DNA of 62,249 nt, from positions 1-62,249 of the forward strand of contig PDIP01000075.1 in assembly GCA_002811645.1 (NCBI GenBank). The letters are read 5' to 3'. The notes under the pieces were generated by a model, which saw only the letters and a list, made by a program, of their open reading frames with translations, was not told where the DNA came from and made no database searches. Positions 55,801 through 62,249 of the stretch are shown here, one piece after another. Position numbers and translations under genes: made by a program. This stretch comes from Corallochytrium limacisporum Hawaii. Lineage: Eukaryota; Protista; Pluriformea. Numbering within the stretch: position 1 is the first letter of the stretch; each line of letters opens with the position of its first letter.

Positions 55801-55848
55801 CAGAGTTTCCTGAAGGACATGGGTCTCTCGGAGGAGCCATCATCATGA
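52810..55848 (+). CDS. Large helical and C-terminal coiled-coil protein, CIP2A (KIAA1524)-like
   Basis: 1012-aa ORF. LLAAKRLALAQADDVI at the start of the coiled coil resembles CIP2A LLETKALALAQADRLI as recalled from memory. The CDS is secure; the identity is tentative. Confidence 0.6.
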   Translation: MTSTPLTLALIQQALETCGTENLPKVGRSPSTRRSSRLGQKARTTSPGPPGPTGTLQFQNVLEILILKRSMWRRLQDFEQLAALSHINRSICAQCGKSDQPLHHDVFVYVAFINGSGAPDPSDRSNLVSFWRSGGIEMLQKLHSRVICEGDVIQMTPSRLDVMQKRNLATGVPPLSVRHDNSQRMGNTSMSVIECCELIHECVNRVLSLNIFPVHVPETCMATFLRSLMQEMERLNVIYKTSTPVKSTKKDLSLTGVNANHRVNLMTAMGRIAYELSTNSHHRILTTFSSACLSPVVNLSSTTLKEFLLESLDVEEPLENTAAWLCMVSLFTYAADDESGTNQRQAILKASDFSKLWIVIVSSVSDAMNGIKRGQSSREDCLFQNDEGMNPIRLLHLGLLLLHLLCSREDHRRLLVEDFEMYEEIIDTLDVLLQPAVVYQISTHAAVLDDVSEIGFVAQTLQAYTDVVVTLFHHVHRMVANRHSAQGKLQPTSDKIIQCCRHLKPMFALPLLDVVPKDLRLQSRAWMDLFSQYEWTEDEIESEISFLLAELSGMQEVSGGFSKESLQSYSWDSLESVLSRLRNERRHTVIPNSRGFKALLAAKRLALAQADDVIQGLKIDLESSQAAVQDLQGHLDRSKSDNEERLAELEHLRNDRSEKVIREHTKPLEQTIEEKTRQIDSLEKEMQRLTMVSEEERAALVESITVESEKLKRETARLRCQAEEDAETIATQQTEIGFANRQMQEAQSAMQKQRAELCKKARELEDELEQERATNQRALKRVQDEFESHTERYEFKLQNQKQLMDLAVLDQRRALEDLGEMKLYTEQLEHELREQKRLTADQVADAESQVQKCVQQLDSQRMILQEKSDQQEHFEMIIKDARREAEAFKAQTEILTAEREEFLSQIGDLNGRVDEMQMELASWHKLTEKKDASITQQKADIAGLKDTIAGLERQLLDTQHRLEGEQVIRIQQGKKLKEIEEAKARTDRVLAEKGKMLQSFLKDMGLSEEPSS

Positions 55849-55959
55849 GATTAATTGTACGCTCCCCATTAGATTTCATGGACACGGTAACTGCCGGCAA
55901 GGAATACTCTGCAAAGTCAGCAATGGTCGATCAGAGAGCAGCGACAAACACCCGACCAC

Positions 55960-56175
55960 CTCTTCTCCCAGGGGCGGGTCGAGAGGATCAGGAGAAGAAC
56001 ACCTCCCCCTCCCCCCGCCCCCCGGGGGGCAACAACTTTCTCCCGAACCACCCAGGCGGTCGAGGCCGGCTCAGCGAAGGCAAAGGGTGACGCTCCTTCG
56101 CCCGGCGGCCATGGGGAGCCACCAGGAAGGGGTTGGTTTCGTGCACCTCGCCAGTGAGACGGAAGGGGACCCAAA
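55960..56175. promoter_or_regulatory. GC island upstream of the pantothenate kinase gene
   Basis: C6G6 at 56018-56029 and C-tracts, ~200-400 bp 5' of the ATG. Confidence 0.45.
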
Positions 56176-56381
56176 AATAGGTATTAAGAAAATGTTCCAC
56201 ACGCTGCCAACATTGTGTATGGCTTCTGAAGGTACCTTAGCACACAAATGTGTCCAATAAGACATTCAAGTGCTTGTCATTACATCGCGAAATTATAAGG
56301 GAAATATAGTAGATTTAAACAACGATCATGTACAGAAAGAAAGGTTGTGACAGGTAGACCAACATATAACCCAAGACTATC

Positions 56382-59069
56382 ATGACTACCCCACCCAACG
56401 AAACTAGGATGTCGGGCTCGGCGCTCAGCTCTGGCTACTCAGCACAGGAACTGAACTACGTGGCGCTGGACATCGGTGGGACCCTCGCAAAGATTGCGTA
56501 TTATGCACCAACTAGCAGTCAGAATCTCACCGACAATTCGCGGCAGTCGTCGGTGCCATCCCTGAGTGTGCGAGCTGATGGCGAGGGCAAAATAGCTCAC
56601 GCTGGATCCGCCTTTAGTCCAGAACTGAAGGCGGAAGCACCCACGGAGACACCTGCACCTATGGATCTGGCGGGATCGCGGCCCACCTCAGAGAAAGGCA
56701 GTTTCCGCAGCCACAACTACCTTAACAACAACAGCGCCCGAGCTGCTCGCCAGCGCAAGCTAAGCTACCAAAAGTCATACGCTCACGAGCGAATTCCTGG
56801 TCGGATCTACTTCCACAAGTTCGAATCCAAAGACATGGGCTCAGTGATTGAATACATTCAGACTCGGCTGCTGCCCTCGAACCCCAACATCACAGAGATA
56901 CGTGCCACGGGCGGAGGTGCACACAAGTATGTAGATGTCCTAGAGCAAAATCTGAAGATGCCAGTAAAAAAATTGGACGAAATGAAGTGTGCAGCTACGG
57001 GGTGTACTTTTCTGCTGCAGGAGATCCCGGATGAGGCCTTCACATTCAATAAGAACCGATCCCCCGCGTGTGTGTACCAGACTGCTGGTGGAGATGTCTT
57101 CCCATATCTTTTGGTTAACATAGGTAGTGGTGTGAGTATGCTCAAGGTTACCGGACCTGATACATACGAGCGTGTAGGCGGTACGAGCATGGGAGGCGGC
57201 ACCTTCTGGGGTCTGAGTCGGCTTCTGACAGATGCGAAGGACTTCGACGAGCTGCTCGACATGTGTCGTACGGGCAACCACCGCAACGTAGACATGCTGG
57301 TTGGTGACATTTATGGCGGAGACTATGGAAAGATTGGCCTCAAGGCAGAAAACATTGCGTCGTCTTTTGGCAAGATGAGTAAAGTAGACGCGCAGGGTGG
57401 AGGAAGCGCTAATTTGCGTGACAAAGTGTCACAGGAGGATATTGCGAAGTCCCTGTTGCACATGATCTCCAATAACATTGGTCAGATTGCCTACCTGCAG
57501 TCCCGTCTGCACGGTCTGAACCGAATCTATTTCGGTGGATACTTTATCCGCAATCACGTTCACACCATGCACACAATCAGTTACGCCATAAATTTCTGGA
57601 GTCAGGGTCAGATGCAGGCACTGTTTCTGCGGCACGAAGGCTGGCTTGGTGTGATCGGTGCATTCGTGAGTGGCGCTCTAAGGGAAACAACGGGAAGGGA
57701 CAGTGCCACAGAGGAAAAGAAGCAACAGAAACTGCAGATCCTCAGCCACCTGCAGCCACGCCTGTCAAAGATCAGCTGGCGTGAGAACCGGGCGTGGACT
57801 GACAAGACCAACGGCAACGGCGGGATGACAGAGGAGTTGGTGTTTGATTCAATGCCGGACGAGTTGGCCCCCCTGCCACATATTGAGAACCTTGAGGCGT
57901 ACAACCCGGACACAATCAACCTGATCGCCGACGATGAAGGTCGAAAATACTGGATTGAGTATTGCTACACCTCAATCGGCGCCTTCGTGCAGCGTGCAGT
58001 GGACTGTGAGGGAGACACGGCGGAGGCTACTATTCGTGGCAACGACGCCTATGACCGGTTCATGAAGCTGATCAAATCTGTGGAAGAGAACCCAGCAGCG
58101 CATGGAGAGCTGAGTTTGCGCACTCTCCTGGACACCCGTGAGGAGATCCTGCACGACCACGGCTTCAAGGATCCCTATTGGCAGAAGAAGCAAGTCGAGA
58201 ATGACGCCGCACTTGCCATGTTTCCGCAGGTTATGATAGAACTGGACGAGATGAGCGAACCACAGCGCTATCGTGAGGTTTTGCGCAATGTTTTGGGCGG
58301 TAACGTCTTCGACTGGGGTGCCAAGGATGTCTCAGACATGCTAGAGGCGGGTAAGCTCGATTTTCAGACGGCCAAACAAAAGATCCGGGAACCATGGTTT
58401 GTTGACGACAGTGATCTTATAATCCGTCGCATGGTTTCAGCTGGTATCAGGAAGGTTCCTCCATGGCGCAAGATCCTCATTTTCCCAGATAACTCTGGCG
58501 CGGATATTGTGCTGGGTATCTTTCCGTTCGTTCGCGAACTGCTGCGAATGGGTTCGACGGTAATCCTTGCCGTCAATTCAGAGCCAGCACTCAACGATGT
58601 GACCTATCCGGAGCTCTTACAGCTTTCCACTGCGCTTGCAGGTATTTCGCCGCTGATTAAGAAATCACTAATGAACAACAATCTGCGCCTGATGTCGTCA
58701 GGTTCGACCTCTTTGTGTCTCGACCTGCGCAAAATTGATAGCGACATCTGCGCCGAGGCAGAGGACTGCGACCTAATGGTCCTGGAGGGCATGGGCCGGA
58801 GCGTGATAACCAATTGGGACGCATCCTTTACCATTGACACACTGAAGATTGCCAGTCTCAAGAGTAAATGGATGGCAGAGCAAATGGGTGCGCAAGTTTT
58901 TGATGCGTGTGTACGTTTTGAGCCGGCCGGCGGCGAAAACGTCGATGGTCGGAGCCCGCGACCCTCGCTCACCAGGGAGGGGAGCAGCCCAACCAGTAGT
59001 GGGCCTCCGAGCGCAAGAAACAGCGCCAGCAACGCTTCAAAGGCGAGCAAACTGACGGAGAAGGCATGA
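56382..59069 (+). CDS. PANK4: Type II pantothenate kinase fused to a DUF89/ARMT1-like phosphatase (PANK4 / plant PANK2 architecture)
   Basis: Kinase: DIGGTLAK, ATGGGAHK, DEM, LVNIGSGVS, RVGGTSMGGGTFWGL, ASSFGK, FLRHEG. DUF89: GNVFDWGA, DNSGAD, ALND, LEGMGRS..TN. Confidence 0.95.
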   Translation: MTTPPNETRMSGSALSSGYSAQELNYVALDIGGTLAKIAYYAPTSSQNLTDNSRQSSVPSLSVRADGEGKIAHAGSAFSPELKAEAPTETPAPMDLAGSRPTSEKGSFRSHNYLNNNSARAARQRKLSYQKSYAHERIPGRIYFHKFESKDMGSVIEYIQTRLLPSNPNITEIRATGGGAHKYVDVLEQNLKMPVKKLDEMKCAATGCTFLLQEIPDEAFTFNKNRSPACVYQTAGGDVFPYLLVNIGSGVSMLKVTGPDTYERVGGTSMGGGTFWGLSRLLTDAKDFDELLDMCRTGNHRNVDMLVGDIYGGDYGKIGLKAENIASSFGKMSKVDAQGGGSANLRDKVSQEDIAKSLLHMISNNIGQIAYLQSRLHGLNRIYFGGYFIRNHVHTMHTISYAINFWSQGQMQALFLRHEGWLGVIGAFVSGALRETTGRDSATEEKKQQKLQILSHLQPRLSKISWRENRAWTDKTNGNGGMTEELVFDSMPDELAPLPHIENLEAYNPDTINLIADDEGRKYWIEYCYTSIGAFVQRAVDCEGDTAEATIRGNDAYDRFMKLIKSVEENPAAHGELSLRTLLDTREEILHDHGFKDPYWQKKQVENDAALAMFPQVMIELDEMSEPQRYREVLRNVLGGNVFDWGAKDVSDMLEAGKLDFQTAKQKIREPWFVDDSDLIIRRMVSAGIRKVPPWRKILIFPDNSGADIVLGIFPFVRELLRMGSTVILAVNSEPALNDVTYPELLQLSTALAGISPLIKKSLMNNNLRLMSSGSTSLCLDLRKIDSDICAEAEDCDLMVLEGMGRSVITNWDASFTIDTLKIASLKSKWMAEQMGAQVFDACVRFEPAGGENVDGRSPRPSLTREGSSPTSSGPPSARNSASNASKASKLTEKA

Positions 59070-59271
59070 GGCAAATGACCACTTCGTCGTTCATAAATTT
59101 CGTAGCTACAAGAATAAGGATATGGCTGAAGATATGTGATTGTGGTGTCGGGGACAGCAAAACACCCCGCATGGCTTTGTTCGTGGACCTAGTTTGTTGG
59201 TGATCTTTGTTTATTAGAAGCTCACCATGTTAACCTTGACCACAGAATCCAGCGTGCAATCGTAATAAATT

Positions 59272-59907
59272 ATGTTGAGAACACTGGCGACTCTTGCCTT
59301 GCCTCGAGCTGCCCGAAGGGGAACCAGTGCCTTTCGCTTGCATCAGTCCCGAGCAGTCACGCAATCTTTAGTACAGGGCACCCAAGCAAAGCCTCACTAT
59401 CGAGCGTTCTCAACCGGATATAGACTCAAGCCACACGAAATGGACCATGATGGGGTGAACTTCAAGACAATGCAAGAGAATCCGTGGAACGGATACATTC
59501 CTCGGGACAAGGTCGAAGTACATACTGCCCTCAGCGGTGGCAAGGGAGGACAGCACGTAAACAAGGTCGAAACCAAAGTAATCCTGCGGTTCAACCTGCA
59601 GGCAGCGAAGTGGATTCCGGACTGGGTGAAGATGAAGCTACAGCTGCACCATAAATCGCACCTTTCAGCGCATGGCATTTTCACTGTTACGTCAACGCGG
59701 CACAGAACGCAGCACCAGAATCTTGAGGATGCATTCGAGCGACTCCAGGGAATCCTCGACTCCGCTGGCACACCGTCGAAGGCTCCGGATGTGAACAAAG
59801 TGCAGCGCTTAGAAGGGCTACGCAGGAAGGCGAATGAACAGCGACTAAAGGACAAAAAGTACCGGGCGGAGCGAAAGGAAATGAAGAAGCCGCGGTGGGA
59901 TGACTAG
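59272..59907 (+). CDS. MRPL58: Mitochondrial peptidyl-tRNA hydrolase ICT1/mL62 (ArfB-like)
   Basis: SGGKGGQHVNKVETKV, RHRTQHQNLEDA, a basic C-terminal tail and a mitochondrial presequence. Confidence 0.93.
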   Translation: MLRTLATLALPRAARRGTSAFRLHQSRAVTQSLVQGTQAKPHYRAFSTGYRLKPHEMDHDGVNFKTMQENPWNGYIPRDKVEVHTALSGGKGGQHVNKVETKVILRFNLQAAKWIPDWVKMKLQLHHKSHLSAHGIFTVTSTRHRTQHQNLEDAFERLQGILDSAGTPSKAPDVNKVQRLEGLRRKANEQRLKDKKYRAERKEMKKPRWDD

Positions 59908-60083
59908 AGAAGTGATCGAAAGAACGGAGCTCACCCGGCCCTTCAAAACTTGTTCCATGTTAATACTATTCACCTTGTTGGTGGTCTATTGCTATGTATT
60001 GATTTAGGGAAACTATCCACAAACTGAAAATGTGTGCTCCTGCTTGAGAAGGCGGTATATGTTCTGTTCAGTCGCTTCTTGTC

Positions 60084-61442
60084 TTAAGCTCCCCCTGCGT
60101 CGTCGCCGGCGTCCGATGCCAGGGCCGCAAGGGCAAAGAACAAGAAGACAATTCCTCCAACCAAATGGACAGTCCGCACACTGATGCGCTGCGCCAGCAT
60201 TTTACCACCCATCACAGCACCGCCGGTACACAAGGCATGGCCCATAATTCCTCCTAGTGTGACACCGAGAGGATCTTCCTGTGTACCAAGGACAATGGTG
60301 GTAATCTGACTTCGGTCACCCCACTCCGCCACAAAGGTCAGCGTGAAGGCAGACAATACGACAGGGTCAACACAGGCAGTGATTATATCCCAGATCGGTG
60401 ACAGTACCCTATGCATCTTCTCGAGAATTTGCACAATCATATTGTGGGATCCCACCTCACCGTTAGGCTCGCCGGAAACTTCACCCTTCTCAAGTAGAGA
60501 GATGCCCGATTCGTGAGCTCCCGACCTGTGCCGGCGCTCGTACTCTTCTTCGCTGGCCTTAACCTCAGCAGCGGCCTCCTCCATCTCTTCCTGGCTCTCC
60601 TCATCCGACATGGTATAGCCCTCACGGATCATACGCAAGCCAAAGACCACAAAGAGCGCAATAGATGCGTAATGCGTGTAGATGTGGGGCACAAACGTGG
60701 TCAGGCGTCCCAAGAAGACACTCAGAGCGGTCATAATGGCCAGGGCACTCAATGCTCCAGCAAACACCAGCAAACGCTTGTGCCGCATGGCCATGATCGC
60801 CGCAATAAAGAAGGTCTTGTCACCAATTTCACTCACCAGATTCATCATGAAGCTCGCAATAAAGCCATGGTAAAAGCTCCCTTTCGCGCTACCCATAAAG
60901 AGGGCACTCCAGCCGCTCTGTTCCATATCCTCACCAACCTGACCTGCTGGCTGGTCGTTGTTAAATCCACCCGCCACGCCAATGTGTCCATTGTTGCCAT
61001 TGACCAGCAAGGTATCATCGTTGTTGGCGTTTCCGTTAAAACCGCCTAGGCCGTCTCCATCATTTTCGTCTCCATCATTTTCGTCTCCCTCGTCTGCCAA
61101 TGGCGCAGGGTCATCATCGTCTGCAGGTCCGTCCACGGCAAAAAATCGCTGGTTGGCGGGATCACCCCCTTCTTCATTTTCAAAGCCATTCCGCCCGTCA
61201 TTCGCAAGCGGAGGACCGTCACCCAGGTCTCCACCATCAAATTGTCGTCGTCCGGCCCGATACTGATCTTTCACGTTGTGGTCTCCAGAGTTCGCGTCCA
61301 TACCAATTTGAACTTCACCAGGGACGATTATGTCAAGGTGGACATCAACACCGAGAGCATTGCCATCCAGCTGAGCAAATGCTGCTCCGATTAAATTGGA
61401 GACGAGCACAATCGTCTTCAAGCTGGGTCCCACCATTTTCAT
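60084..61442 (-). CDS. TMEM165: TMEM165/GDT1 (UPF0016) Ca2+/Mn2+ transporter
   Basis: Two family motifs, SEIGDKTF and AEWGDRSQ, plus GHALCTG.AV.GG. N-terminal signal peptide and acidic luminal extension. Start is ATG 61442 or 61436. Confidence 0.95.
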   Translation of the reverse strand: MKMVGPSLKTIVLVSNLIGAAFAQLDGNALGVDVHLDIIVPGEVQIGMDANSGDHNVKDQYRAGRRQFDGGDLGDGPPLANDGRNGFENEEGGDPANQRFFAVDGPADDDDPAPLADEGDENDGDENDGDGLGGFNGNANNDDTLLVNGNNGHIGVAGGFNNDQPAGQVGEDMEQSGWSALFMGSAKGSFYHGFIASFMMNLVSEIGDKTFFIAAIMAMRHKRLLVFAGALSALAIMTALSVFLGRLTTFVPHIYTHYASIALFVVFGLRMIREGYTMSDEESQEEMEEAAAEVKASEEEYERRHRSGAHESGISLLEKGEVSGEPNGEVGSHNMIVQILEKMHRVLSPIWDIITACVDPVVLSAFTLTFVAEWGDRSQITTIVLGTQEDPLGVTLGGIMGHALCTGGAVMGGKMLAQRISVRTVHLVGGIVFLFFALAALASDAGDDAGGA

Positions 61443-62249
61443 TTCCTCATCTAACTCTTCCAATCCTATTTCCTTACCCCTATTGTGTGCACACGTTCTT
61501 CCAGACTTCTTTATCTATTTGTGAACCATAAACTCGACAAGTGCCTTTTTAAAAGAATCAGTATGAACCAAATCACTCACCTCGTTTGGTGAATCCTGAT
61601 CTCAGTATTTCCCACTGAACTCACTAACCGCCAGGTTCTCCACCAGTGCCTTGAAAGAAGCAAAAGGCCGTTTTGAGCGTTTCATCACGTAGACGACATG
61701 CACGAGGTCCACCTTCTGAGATTACATACCTTCCCTGAGACTGCGTCCGTTGATCACTGACAATTCAATTCGGAACCAACTCTCCTGAAACGTTGACTTA
61801 AAGGGAAAACGAATTACCATGGTATTAACTGTGTGTCTCTCAACTCGGCAGGTACGAGGGTTCTTACCGTTCTTCGTCCTCCCCCCTTCTCCTCCACTCT
61901 CCTCCTCTGTCCCCCGTCCCCTCTCCCCACAATTTACCGCCCTGATGGTTTTTTCGTGCAGCTGCAGACTCACAACACACGGGGTCCTTGTGACCGGGCC
62001 GTCCCAGAATTTTTGAAACGCACGCACGCAGCCCGCTCCTCCTTCCCAGAAGGGGGAAGGGTCGTCCTGGATAGGAACGAGTTGGTACGTGACCAGCAGC
62101 TGTCATCTGTTCGAAGGCTCTCACGTACCAACCTCTGTTCAATAAAAAAGTGCATAATTTACATTATGGTTTGAAAGCTTCGTTTGAATCGGATAAAATC
62201 GGCTTCTTTTGAGTATACCGTTTTCCCGCCCATTCCGGCACCCTCTCAG

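Overview
This is a eukaryotic, gene-dense, almost intron-free scaffold segment, most consistent with a unicellular opisthokont/holozoan protist. The taxonomy is an inference from the gene set and the intron poverty, which resemble a Corallochytrium-type genome. About 21 protein-coding genes are supported: DAO, NOT4, TMEM216, U1-C, MINDY, CCDC15-like, two neuroglobin-like globins, spliced COX7A, GID8, mitochondrial ferredoxin, ACOT8/TesB, RPAP1, PEX19, an Asn-synthetase/Zn-ribbon/Dph6-like fusion, ROK fructokinase, TARBP1/Trm3, CIP2A-like, PANK4-type PanK-DUF89, ICT1 and TMEM165. There is also a small gene split by a +1 frameshift. Starts were moved from the ORF track's GTG/TTG codons to the likely ATG. 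Highlights: (1) a double PP-loop amide-ligase fusion; (2) a tandem globin pair whose second copy has a C-terminal Cys-cluster/CaaX membrane anchor, with a 7-8 kb non-coding desert upstream of each copy; (3) poly-C/poly-G islands carrying CnGn palindromes at gene 5' ends but absent from convergent junctions; (4) a TTT_C +1 frameshift candidate; (5) a CIP2A-like gene. Four N gaps sit in G/C tracts. No rRNA, tRNA, CRISPR array or mobile element was recognised. All family calls come from motif recognition, not database searches.
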